From Sanchytrium tribonematis (lineage: Eukaryota): 64,000 nt of DNA. The notes beneath the pieces are model-generated. The model searched no databases and was not told where the DNA came from. It worked only from the letters and a program-made list of their open reading frames with translations. The stretch lies in contig JADGIG010000007.1 in the NCBI GenBank assembly GCA_018985235.1, positions 1 to 64,000 of the forward strand. Direction: 5' to 3'. The translations under genes were made by a program, and so were the position numbers. Position 1 is the stretch's first letter. Every line of letters begins with the position of its first letter. Shown here in pieces: positions 10,919 through 21,800 of the stretch.

Positions 10919-12082
10919 TCAACAATGCATTCCATTTTTCTCGCAAAGCCACGGTGCGATTAATATTGCTGAAAAACCAGCACAAGTGATGCCAAAAGTG
11001 TCAGCTAGTGATACAGCTCCCATTAGAAATTCTTTAACATTTTTAGTTCCAGAACTAGCAGAATTCTGTGAAATATCATCCTCATCAGCCAATACCTCAT
11101 ATTCAAGTACTGGATCAAACTTGAGCAAGCAGGCAAATGCGTTGGCATATGTGGAACCACCCAGGAGACCTTCATATAAAACAAATAGACACACAGGTAT
11201 AAAACCAAAAACTTTGTCTAATGACTGACCAATGAAAAGAAAAACGTTAATAAATTGTAGCCCTGCTAATATAAAAAGATATTTGTGATGTGGAATAGTA
11301 TAAAAAGCTACACTTGATCGGCTTAAGAAGACGCCAACTTGATATAGCATCTGAAAAACAACGTAATAATCACGATTACTTTTAAAAAATGAGTCTTCTG
11401 ATACATCAAAAACAATTGTTGGTAGTATTCCTTGATTTATAACATATTCGGAGTAATAAACTAAAAACAAAGGTAGCATAAAAGGAATCACCGCTTTGGA
11501 AACTATTCTTAATTTATCAGATATTGTCTCCATTTTCATTCCTGTCAGATTTACCGACGAACTTTCGACACTTCCTAAAGATCCTCTTCTTAATCCAAAA
11601 TGGTAAGCGAAGTATAGCAATAATGGAAATGGAGAGATGAGCAACATCGTTTGTGCTTTAGTTAATCTAAAGACCGTAGTTAGTAAAAAATACAAAAAAC
11701 TACCACCAAGTCCCGCCATCCCAGTACCACTAAACCACCCTGTAATGTCCTTTGGAAATTGAGAGCTAAGTGCCAGAAAAGACGCTTCACCAAGTCCTGA
11801 GGAAAAGCTTGCTAAAACAACACCACTCAAACTTGCATCAACATTTGAAAATGTATTGAGCAAAAGAGCTGAAATACTTAAAACAACACATATTCTAAAC
11901 CGCATGTCATAACTCATTTCAATGTAAGGCGATATTGATTTTGAAAATAGTCCCGGTACTATGTCTGCAACTAATACCAGACCTTCTAACCCATGGAATA
12001 TATCTGAGGCAGCACTTAAAAAAATGACGTATATAATATTGTTGATTATCCCACAAATGAAAAACGCTAGAGTGGGCTTCAT
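10919..12082 (-). CDS. BTN1: Battenin CLN3/Btn1
   Basis: FFICGIINN..YVIFLSAA, GWFSGTGMAG, EYVINQG, YQVGVFLSRSS, YEGLLGG. Confidence 0.95.
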   Translation of the reverse strand: MKPTLAFFICGIINNIIYVIFLSAASDIFHGLEGLVLVADIVPGLFSKSISPYIEMSYDMRFRICVVLSISALLLNTFSNVDASLSGVVLASFSSGLGEASFLALSSQFPKDITGWFSGTGMAGLGGSFLYFLLTTVFRLTKAQTMLLISPFPLLLYFAYHFGLRRGSLGSVESSSVNLTGMKMETISDKLRIVSKAVIPFMLPLFLVYYSEYVINQGILPTIVFDVSEDSFFKSNRDYYVVFQMLYQVGVFLSRSSVAFYTIPHHKYLFILAGLQFINVFLFIGQSLDKVFGFIPVCLFVLYEGLLGGSTYANAFACLLKFDPVLEYEVLADEDDISQNSASSGTKNVKEFLMGAVSLADTFGITCAGFSAILIAPWLCEKNGMHC

Positions 12083-12264
12083 TCCAGTCGCTTTGAAACA
12101 AATCACGTTTTTGGAGGGAATCTTTTTTTATACCAATGAGACTATTTTAAATAAATTTTAAGTATCTTAGATTCGAGTTTCCGATAAATTATATAGTCTA
12201 TGACCATTTGGAATTTAAGATTATTATAATAAATGTTTCAGCTAATTCGCTCCAAAGTTTCACA

Positions 12265-12915
12265 ATGGAAATACATATTTCTTCCCAAAATGCCAGTGGA
12301 TGGCACACTTTCTCTCCCAATATGCTTATTTCAGAGTTTCAGCATAGGCTAGAATTAATAACTGGGATAAGAGCTGTGAATCAGACCATAGTGACTGATA
12401 GTCGTCAATTAGCAATTGAGCAAAATCTTGGAGTGATATCTGACATATTTAAAAGCAATCAGCAAATACTTGTCAAAGGCGCAGTTGAATTTGATGAAAA
12501 TGTCGAGAAATATGAAATATCAGATGAGCATTACTCAAAATTGAATGGAACTGTGCAATCTTTTTTAAAAGAAAATAAGTTAGGAAAATACAAAGAGGGA
12601 CAAGAAGTAGAAAACGTGAAAGACTTCTCTGAATTCCAATTGAATTGCAGATGCTTTGTAGAAGGTTTGGAAAAGTATGGCACCATTAGATACTTGGGCA
12701 CATTCCATTTAAAGCCCAACAAAATATTTGTAGGCATCGAATACGATGAGCCAGTTGGTAAACATAATGGCACAGTCGATAAAAAGACATATTTTACTTG
12801 TGCCGAAAAGCACGGCGCTTTGCTAAGGCCTAGCTCTGTACTTTTAGAGATGCCGAATGGATCAAAAATTCCTTCGGCTAATGAGTTATTTGAACGCGAG
12901 CTTGAAGAAATGTAG
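12265..12915 (+). CDS. TBCB: Tubulin-folding cofactor B (UBL + CAP-Gly)
   Basis: RLELITG, VEKYEISDE.Y, GIEYDEPVGKHNG..YF.C. Confidence 0.9.
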   Translation: MEIHISSQNASGWHTFSPNMLISEFQHRLELITGIRAVNQTIVTDSRQLAIEQNLGVISDIFKSNQQILVKGAVEFDENVEKYEISDEHYSKLNGTVQSFLKENKLGKYKEGQEVENVKDFSEFQLNCRCFVEGLEKYGTIRYLGTFHLKPNKIFVGIEYDEPVGKHNGTVDKKTYFTCAEKHGALLRPSSVLLEMPNGSKIPSANELFERELEEM

Positions 12916-12963
12916 CTTCTGAAGTAAATGATTTATTTTCTTTTTAATAATCTCCTAATTGCC

Positions 12964-15900
12964 ATGAAACACATACTGCTCAACGATCAATTGCAAATCG
13001 TTGATGAAGGCACCGGTATCATAGATGGCGAGCTGGTCACTTGTCCAACACAAAAGCAATTTCCCGGGTTTAAGCAAAAAGCAAAATACAATCCACAATC
13101 ACTACCTTACTTTATTAATGGGCCATTTCCAATTGAAGTTACCTTTCCCCATTTTAAGAACAATTACCACACTTTAGATGATATTTATGTATTATATGGA
13201 CAGTTCGAAAGTCATCGATTTTACAACAAGGAGCTATATTTGCCAGCAGCGGATAAGCCTTCGACCGGAGAAGACAAGCTATTTCACGGATACACTATAC
13301 AATCGTTTTTATCATTTATACACACTCTGAGCGAATTGCCATTTACATTGGTATTGCTCCCCGAAGTTAAAATCGAAAACGAAAAAGAAGACGAAGTCAA
13401 TCACGAATTTCCGTTAGAGCAGGGACTGGTCTCATCTTCTAATGTCATTTTTGTAACATGGCCTGACACAGTGGAGTCCATGAATGCGTTTTTAATGGGG
13501 CTTTGTTGGCATGTTGCAGGAATCACATTTGGATATTTTATTCGATGTCCTTTGGCTAGGAACCCTTACGTAAAACTTGACGCAAAAAATGACGAGAAGC
13601 ATGTTGAAGCAACTGTTCCCTTAATAGAATATCAACTGAATCATTTGTGGGTCATCGTTGGGTTACGAGGTTATCTTTATATAAAACTATTGAAACAGAT
13701 ATTTGGACCATCATTTGTTCAGTATTATACTTTTAAATCAATAGAAATGATTTTAGAAATTGAAGAAGCTGGCAATATTCCATCTGTTGCCGAATTTTAT
13801 GTTAAACGTGTTAATGGCAGCCATGTAGTGAATAATTTGGATTGTACAACCGCCCACCGATATTTTGTCTCAAAATGTACTTTGATAATGTATGGCCTTT
13901 CGAAAAGGGTTGGTGATCAAGCCATGGACCAATTTACATCAAATTTATTGAAAAAATGCTCCAAGTTTGACAAGAAACAAAACAATCCAGACGACCTTGC
14001 TTCTAGTGAAAGGTCCATATATGATGCTTTTGAGGAAAGCAAAACAAATAATTTTACTAGTTTTCTGCACACTCTCAATTCTAACGAGTTTATCAAAAAA
14101 CTTCAAAAGCTGACTACCTACAATTTTCAAGATTATTTAAAGCAATATATTTTTTACCCTGGGTTACCAATTTTGGAAATATCGTATCAATATAATAAGC
14201 GGAAAGGTGCTATTGAAATTGATATTAGTCAATCCAAAACTATCCCAGGGGGCCCAATTTTCACGGGACCTTTGGCAATCAAAATACAAGAACCAGATGG
14301 CAGTTATGAACATGTTTTGGATGTCCAGAAGCAAGTTCAGCAATTTGAAGTACGTTACAATACAAGATACAAGCGTGTGAAGCGATTTAGAAATGTCGAT
14401 ACAGAAGATGTAATGTTTCACCGAGACATCAATAGCATTGTAGTTTCGGAATATGCCAAGCCCGAGGATGAGGCCATGGAATATTTGCGTGTGGATTGTG
14501 ACAATCTTTGGATTGGCAGGATTGTTTTACAACAATCTGAATACATGATCGCTCAAATGGTTTTGAAAGAAGTTGATGTCCGAACACAGATTCAAGGAAT
14601 TAAGGTCTTAAAAGCAAGTAAAGAACCTCCAGCAGCGACCGTTTTATTTCGAATTTTATGCAATCACCGATTTCATCCTTTGGTTAGGAGCGAAGCCGCA
14701 TTTGCCCTTAAAGAACATCACCTGTTAGGTATGTATTATTTGTTACAATATATAAAAAGATTTTGGTGTGAAAATGATAATGTGGATCCGTTTAATAGTC
14801 CGCACACTATTCTAAATTATTCTCTATTTATTCATGGGAATGAATTAGGGGTCAAACTGGAATTAGAAGTCAAAAAACCACAACTTTACAAATATCTATT
14901 TTTTACTCCATTGGTTTTAAAACTGAATGACTTTTGTAATTTTGGTCAATATACGGTTGCAGTGAGTGCTATACAAGCCTTATCGATGATAAGGATTGAT
15001 AGGAAACAAATCACAATTCCTGCTATTCGAGAAAATTCATTAGGAATGTCTTCTGCTATTGCTCAGAGGCTGAACGCAGTTCAAAACCAAAATTTTAATA
15101 GAGCCGAAACCACGCAACAAGCTGGCATCAATTCCCTGCAATCGAATCTCGCAAGTCCTCTTCAATCCCCTCCAAATTTGTTGAGTTATCAGCATCAACA
15201 GTTACAAGCTTATCATCAACAGATGAGTCTACAGACTATGAGCGTTTTAGAATTGCCTTCTATGCTTGAAGGTGTCGCGCCACCTTTAATTAGAAAATTA
15301 AGCATAGATATGCTCAAATTATCAGATAATAGAAGCAACCAATTTCACGACGATGATTACCTTGCCTCCTTAGTGAACGCTATATACAATGCGTTTATTC
15401 CGAAGCTACAGCCAGATGCTGCTGATGATTCTGAAAATATCGATAATGAAGAGATAATTGGCGATCACATTCACCATGCAAATTTTTTGGAGATTGTTGA
15501 TATTGTTGGTAAAGCCTACAGAGGGAAACATGATCTTGCAAGTATACACCCTCCACATATTGACTATCATTTATTTAAACGAGCTATATTTCAAGTAGAC
15601 TCAGTAAGAGTTCGATTTGAAGGAAAATTACGTTATTCGAAAACTGTTTCTGCGTGTATCAAATTTCTTAGCCACTCCATGCTTTTAGATTTGCTAGATG
15701 TAGATTTGTCAAGGATATTACCTCACACATTATCAACAAATCATATCCTAGTCAGACTCCAATCCTTTGAATCCCTGATGTTATTGAACGCATTTGAGTA
15801 CAAGTCTTTTTTAAACTATTTTTTGATGACGCTTTGTAGCGACAAAGATTTGGAATTAAAAGAATCTTTAGCTCAAATGCTAATATCTTTTTCAAGAATT

Positions 15901-18210
15901 CTCGTATTTCAGAATGGAAAAGAAGAATATAGCCACGGCATTTATAAAATTTTAAAGACAGATGTTAGTAAGCAGTTGCCATTATTTGTTTATCTTGATG
16001 ATTATTTTAACAAATATGAATTTATGCATCTGATACAACAAGTTTTAACTTGTAATATATCAAACACAATGAAGAAGAATATTAATGAAGTGAAACAGCT
16101 TGTCTGTGAACCACGAAATATAATAACCTCCGACTTAGACTTACAAAAGGATGTTGTGCCTGCTCCTCAAATTAAGAAATTAAAGATAAAGTTATCATCA
16201 AATATTGTCAATAAGGTCGAAAAAGAGCATGAAAGTGTTAGAAAAGCTCACATTTATATAACTGAATTGCGAACGCATCCTAAATCTGGCTTTTTACTGG
16301 CTCCTGCTGATGAAGTTAATTTCTTTTCTGTTGAAAGTGAACTTAAGGGGAAATCTGAAGTGGATATAGTCGACTTTGTATCCAAAATTCGTGGATTGTT
16401 TTTTAAATATTTGGACCACTATAAAGGCAGTGATACATATTCCGACATTTTTATAATATACAAAGATTTTGAATTAAGAGTCTTGGTGATCAATAGAATT
16501 GGTTTAAAAATGGACCCCTTCAACGTTGAAATGTTAAAAACCATACTTATAGCCTGTTACGAAAACCATCTGCCATTGGACTTTAAGGCATTATTCAGGC
16601 AGGTCGATGACGAAAGTTTAAAGATTGGACCTTTGAAAGACCTTATATTCGAACTTCCACCTGCCGATTTAGAGAAAATTCAACCTGTTATAGACCAGTA
16701 CAATTTATCGGACATTCAAAATGAACTTATATCCTTAGCTGAATTAAATGAAGATGAATCTGACAAACCAATGGTGAATCAAGTCCTGTTAGACATATGG
16801 AATTCCCTCAATGATCATGATAGAAGCTTGTGTTTTAGGGAACCTATAGATCCAGTTGCTCTTGGAATTCCAGATTATTTTAATGTCATAAAACAACCAA
16901 TGGATTTGCAAACAATTTATACGAGGCTAAACAACAACGAATACGGCGAGGTCACAAAATTTCGAGATGACGTAATTTTAATGTTGCAAAATTGTTACAC
17001 TTTTAATTCTCCAGGAATTCAAGTTTATCAAGATGCCAATACATTAGAATCTTTTTTTCGTCAAAAATGGTTGAGTTACTATCCACAAATTCCCGTGCCC
17101 CGATTAGCTAGTGAAAAAGTAGTCCACAAACCAATTCCTAAAGACTCTCTAGTCACGTCCGCTATGCAGCAAACCCTATGCTCTGATTTTAATGTTAGAC
17201 AAGTCCTAAATAATCTTAAAAAGAGAAAGGAAGCCGCATTGTTTTTGAAACCGGTAGATCCTGTTGCACTTAATATCCCAACTTATCCTGAAATTGTCAA
17301 AAATCCGATGGATTTCCAGACTATAAATGATAAAATTGGAAACGATGAGTATGAGTACTTGAGCGAATTTGTTGAGGATGTGGAATTGGTATTTTCCAAT
17401 TGCTGGCTATTCAATCCTCCTGGAAGTTATATACATGGAGCTGCAATTGAGTTGAAAAAACAATTGAAAATTGAATTAAGTAGGTCAAACCTCTCTTCAA
17501 AGCCCAAAAAGGTTCAATCGGTCCCAAAGCCCGCTATAGACATTTCAGTGGTTGACGATATGAATGACCTTGAGATTGGAATCTTAGAAATTCAAGTTAT
17601 TGAGAGTGCAATACGAAAGGAAATGGCGAAGAAAGCTGCGATTCCATTTCTTGAGCCTGTAGATGTTGTCCGTCTAAACATACCCCAATACAAGACAATC
17701 ATTAAAACGCCAATGGACTTTTCAACCCTTCTTAAGAAATTGAATGGTGGTTATTATCAAATACTGAGCCAATTTTTTGAAAACTTATTCCTGATTTTTG
17801 AAAATTGTTATACCTTTAATACCACAAATCATCCTGTGTCAGTTCTTGCAAAACAGATTGAGCAGGGATGCGTGAAAGCTCGAGTATCTATTGTTCAAAA
17901 TATTATTAAAAGACATGAAAAATTGAAAGCTACAACTTATGAAGAATCAGGAAAATCTGATATTTACAAGTCAATTTCTAAACTATCCTATCCTTTGAGC
18001 GAAATGGAACAAATTTACGAGACAGTTTCCGATGATCACGAGAATCTGTTTGAAATTCGGTGCAAGATTTTCGAATATGCAAAAGATAAGCAACATCGAT
18101 TCAATATTATTAAAGCATTTGACAATGTTGCAAAGGAGTTAAGTGGTATCGATTCTAAGAAAAGAAAGAAAGCAGACAGTGATCCAAAAAGAAAGAAATC
18201 AAAGTATTAA
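12964..18210 (+). CDS. TAF2: TFIID subunit TAF2 fused to C-terminal bromodomains
   Basis: FTGPLAIKIQEPDG.YEH, RYNTRYKRVKR, DV..Q..I..L; three bromodomains (PVDP..L.IP.Y..I.K.PMD, NC..FN); start may be 12928. Confidence 0.85.
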   Translation: MKHILLNDQLQIVDEGTGIIDGELVTCPTQKQFPGFKQKAKYNPQSLPYFINGPFPIEVTFPHFKNNYHTLDDIYVLYGQFESHRFYNKELYLPAADKPSTGEDKLFHGYTIQSFLSFIHTLSELPFTLVLLPEVKIENEKEDEVNHEFPLEQGLVSSSNVIFVTWPDTVESMNAFLMGLCWHVAGITFGYFIRCPLARNPYVKLDAKNDEKHVEATVPLIEYQLNHLWVIVGLRGYLYIKLLKQIFGPSFVQYYTFKSIEMILEIEEAGNIPSVAEFYVKRVNGSHVVNNLDCTTAHRYFVSKCTLIMYGLSKRVGDQAMDQFTSNLLKKCSKFDKKQNNPDDLASSERSIYDAFEESKTNNFTSFLHTLNSNEFIKKLQKLTTYNFQDYLKQYIFYPGLPILEISYQYNKRKGAIEIDISQSKTIPGGPIFTGPLAIKIQEPDGSYEHVLDVQKQVQQFEVRYNTRYKRVKRFRNVDTEDVMFHRDINSIVVSEYAKPEDEAMEYLRVDCDNLWIGRIVLQQSEYMIAQMVLKEVDVRTQIQGIKVLKASKEPPAATVLFRILCNHRFHPLVRSEAAFALKEHHLLGMYYLLQYIKRFWCENDNVDPFNSPHTILNYSLFIHGNELGVKLELEVKKPQLYKYLFFTPLVLKLNDFCNFGQYTVAVSAIQALSMIRIDRKQITIPAIRENSLGMSSAIAQRLNAVQNQNFNRAETTQQAGINSLQSNLASPLQSPPNLLSYQHQQLQAYHQQMSLQTMSVLELPSMLEGVAPPLIRKLSIDMLKLSDNRSNQFHDDDYLASLVNAIYNAFIPKLQPDAADDSENIDNEEIIGDHIHHANFLEIVDIVGKAYRGKHDLASIHPPHIDYHLFKRAIFQVDSVRVRFEGKLRYSKTVSACIKFLSHSMLLDLLDVDLSRILPHTLSTNHILVRLQSFESLMLLNAFEYKSFLNYFLMTLCSDKDLELKESLAQMLISFSRILVFQNGKEEYSHGIYKILKTDVSKQLPLFVYLDDYFNKYEFMHLIQQVLTCNISNTMKKNINEVKQLVCEPRNIITSDLDLQKDVVPAPQIKKLKIKLSSNIVNKVEKEHESVRKAHIYITELRTHPKSGFLLAPADEVNFFSVESELKGKSEVDIVDFVSKIRGLFFKYLDHYKGSDTYSDIFIIYKDFELRVLVINRIGLKMDPFNVEMLKTILIACYENHLPLDFKALFRQVDDESLKIGPLKDLIFELPPADLEKIQPVIDQYNLSDIQNELISLAELNEDESDKPMVNQVLLDIWNSLNDHDRSLCFREPIDPVALGIPDYFNVIKQPMDLQTIYTRLNNNEYGEVTKFRDDVILMLQNCYTFNSPGIQVYQDANTLESFFRQKWLSYYPQIPVPRLASEKVVHKPIPKDSLVTSAMQQTLCSDFNVRQVLNNLKKRKEAALFLKPVDPVALNIPTYPEIVKNPMDFQTINDKIGNDEYEYLSEFVEDVELVFSNCWLFNPPGSYIHGAAIELKKQLKIELSRSNLSSKPKKVQSVPKPAIDISVVDDMNDLEIGILEIQVIESAIRKEMAKKAAIPFLEPVDVVRLNIPQYKTIIKTPMDFSTLLKKLNGGYYQILSQFFENLFLIFENCYTFNTTNHPVSVLAKQIEQGCVKARVSIVQNIIKRHEKLKATTYEESGKSDIYKSISKLSYPLSEMEQIYETVSDDHENLFEIRCKIFEYAKDKQHRFNIIKAFDNVAKELSGIDSKKRKKADSDPKRKKSKY

Positions 18211-18231
18211 GCTTATTTATATAAATTCATT

Positions 18232-18675
18232 TCATCTTCTACATTTTTCCTTGTAAAGACTGTCATAAAATAATTTAGAATCCTTTTTAGCTTTCTCCTT
18301 GAAAAGATCCTCGCCTAAATTTGGATTTGTGGCCCTATATGCCATGCATTTCATCAAATGATTTCTTAGAATATCTGGCCTACCAAATAATCTTAATTTT
18401 TTTGAGCACGAAAATGGACAATTTGTCGGACAACAATGGGTGTTTTTGAAATGACGCAAGGCAGTCGAATTATCCTTAAATTTTCTTTCACAGATCGGAC
18501 AAATTCCATTTTTTACCCTATTCAAAGGAACTCTTTCGCTTGTTAATAAACCAAAAGCCAAAAAATTTCCCGTAAGTTCCGTCGACCTATTCCACTGACT
18601 CAAATTACCTGCGCTCATTTCACTGATCATATTTGTGCAATCGAGCCCCACATTGGTATCTTGAAATTTATTCAT
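18232..18675 (-). CDS. C2H2 + C2HC zinc-finger protein
   Basis: CPIC..RHFKNTH then CPFSC..FGRPDILRNHLMKC. Confidence 0.75.
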   Translation of the reverse strand: MNKFQDTNVGLDCTNMISEMSAGNLSQWNRSTELTGNFLAFGLLTSERVPLNRVKNGICPICERKFKDNSTALRHFKNTHCCPTNCPFSCSKKLRLFGRPDILRNHLMKCMAYRATNPNLGEDLFKEKAKKDSKLFYDSLYKEKCRR

Positions 18676-18808
18676 TATTGGAATCTATTGATATATGTTT
18701 CAAACACACGTATTTAACTGAGCAACTTTATGGAATCAGTATGCGTGAAATTCTTTTTCATTTGAAAAACAAACAAATAAAATCCCAAAAGGGAAAAATG
18801 GGTCAAAC

Positions 18809-21800
18809 ATGCAAAGTGCCACAATAGTTCAAAAATTGGATTATGGGTATTTGGTCAAAATTGAGGACGAAAACGAGTTGTTTCTAGATTCAAAACAGAC
18901 ATACTCTCTAAATGCTTCCATTAATGTATACAAGTTGGGCGAAAAATGTGTCGACCATTGTGTTGTTGAGAAGCAATTGTGTGAAGGATTTGTAGTTGCT
19001 AAAAATAAAAAAGGCTGCTATGTCGTTGATAATAAAGAGCTGATTATAGTAGGCCCGGGAGACGTCGAAAAGTATGCTGGTGTAATGGTTTCAAAATTTG
19101 GAGACTACTTTGTTGGTAGGTTAATTGTCAACAAAGGCAAAATATTATCTGATACTAAGTCAGAATCGGTCAAAATGGAAATCCAAAGTATTAATTTAAA
19201 TAGTCTCGAATTATTTGAACCTCAGGTAGACCCTAAAAATGCTGTTATAGTTGAAAAATATGTGAATTTTTGCAAAGAATTTAGTCTCAGTGTTTTATCT
19301 TCCGAAAAAATTCAATTTTTTGCTTCTAAATCTATAGACAGAAATATAAAGTGCTTTTCTCATAATATGAAATATGGCCTACTTTTAGATAATACTCAAT
19401 TTCACAAATTTAACGAAGTTTGTAGAGGAATTCCATGTACATTTCAAGTTTCCGAAATATGTTTTCAAAAGAAGAAAAAGGCTGGGCACTGGTGCAAAAT
19501 TGGTGAATTTAAAGCCTTTTTGCCAATACACCATTCAGTTGATAATATCAAGATTGATGATACATATGAAGGGAAAATATGGGATATTCAACAAGATATC
19601 ATTGTTGTTTCTTTGAAAAATATATCGTCTATAAAATTTTCCACGTTATCTGACGTAAAACAATATGCACTATCCAAAGACTCTATTGACGTCGTTGTCA
19701 GGGCAGCCGAAACTGGACGAGTACAAGTTGATTATTTTGGTATTAGGAGTTGGATCGACGGTAAACACAAATTGGGTAATACTATAAGTTGCGTTGCAAC
19801 AGGCACATTAGATAATGTCCACTTTAGAAATATTTGGTCGGAAGTACCAGTTATTCCTATGACAAGGGGATTTCAGTGTGAAGGCCGACTCTTTGAAGAC
19901 AATGTATGGACTAAAGATGTAATTTATAAGGAATCTAGAATTGGACTTTATGGGCCTCCATTGATCGTAAAACCTTTGATATTCGAACAGAGACCTTTAG
20001 AAATTGGATACATTTTCCCCTTTTGGATCCAAAAAATTGACAACAACTCTTTACATTTACTTTCTTGGCACGATTCTCGATTAGTCAAGGGAATAGCTTT
20101 TAAACGAAACATCTCAGAATATTTTATTTCAAATTTAAATATGTTTAAATGCGGGCAAACGGTTCTTGCATGTATTGAAGAGCTGAATGAACACGGATAT
20201 GTGGTTAGTCTAAAATGGCACAAAATTGTTGAGTCGGTCGGAAAATTGGGATTTGAAAGCAAAGTGGTTGAGTTAATTAATGGCATTCCTGATTATGTGC
20301 TTTCTAAATTGGTTATGCTTCCAAGAAACCTAGTCGGAACTGAAGTTAATTGCCAACTGATAAAAACTGTTGCAAGTGGGCTTCATGTCCAATTCATGCT
20401 AGAAGATTCGCGTAAAGAGGGCTTCATAGCAACAAGTAGAATTCCAACTGAAGGTAATTTTGAATGCGTAATTATCAATCACGATACGCCTTTATTTGAT
20501 TTAATATTAAAAGAAGAGTATTCATCAAAGCGTAAGTCTTCAAAACATGCTACCGTACTCTCTATAAAGAGTGACTATGCTATTTGCATCGACGAGCAAG
20601 GGCAAATTGGTTACACTCCAACTCGAAACTTTAATTATGCTTTACAACATGGTCTATCCCCTGGTAAAGTCATTCAGATAGAGTCACAAATTCACTCTGG
20701 CGTAAATATATACAAAATTTCGATTGTCAATCACAAGCGAGCAAAAGCTGATGAGTTTAAGCTGATAAATCCAATTGATAACATTACCAATTTAAAAGCG
20801 AATCAGCTTATAAAAGTGAAGGTGACTCAAGTTAAACAGTTACAGGTTCATGTTAAAATCGCTGATAATTTATTTGGCAGAATCTTGGGCAACTTTGCTG
20901 TTTCCGAACCCACTTTGCAGCTTAAGAATATTTACAAGAAAGATGACACGATTTTAGTTAAAATCATCACTACTAGAGATAACAAATCTGGCCGCTATTT
21001 GCCGTTAAGCCATGTAAATTCTTTCAGAGGTTCAATGCTAGAATGTTCAATTCCAGGTGCACCTGAATTTGATTTTGATTCGCCTCAGTTAGAAATTAAT
21101 CGTCAATATTTGGTCAGTGTTGCTGAAATAATGGAAGATAAATTTATGGTTCAGATAATTCCGGGGAAGAAGGCTCTAGTTTATGACATTGGCTATTCAG
21201 GTGATATTAATAAGCTCCAAATTGGACAAATTTTACAGTTAACTCTCAGTTATATGAGAAATGATAAGCTCTATATGAGCGACGTCAAAAACAGAGCTAA
21301 AATAATGGCTGACAAGACATTGGAGTACCAAGTGCTCTTAAGTTATGGTGAAACAGGTTTTCTTCACAAATGTCATTCTCATTCATTAGAAATTGGCTCT
21401 ATCGTTGATGTAACATCAAAAACTATGCATAAATCAAGGCTTTTTATTAATACTAAATCTGAACCTATCGAAGTTGGTTTGACTTGTCATGGCATTGTCA
21501 AAAATATTCAAAATAATGGAGTTTTTGTTCAAATTTGTCACGATAAAGTAGGAAGAGTTAAAATTAAAGATTTAAGCGATGACTATGTTAAAGATTGGAA
21601 GTCTCTGGTCTCTCTTTATCAATCTGTACAAGTGAAAGTCGTGAAAATGGAAGCAGAAAATATCGATTTGTCAATGAAATCTTCTGACATTTACAATGTC
21701 AACTTGGATAATTATTTTGATATGATAAACATAGAAGCAATTTTTAAAGCCAAGGTTTTAAACATTACTAACAATCATATTTTTTATAATATACAACTCG

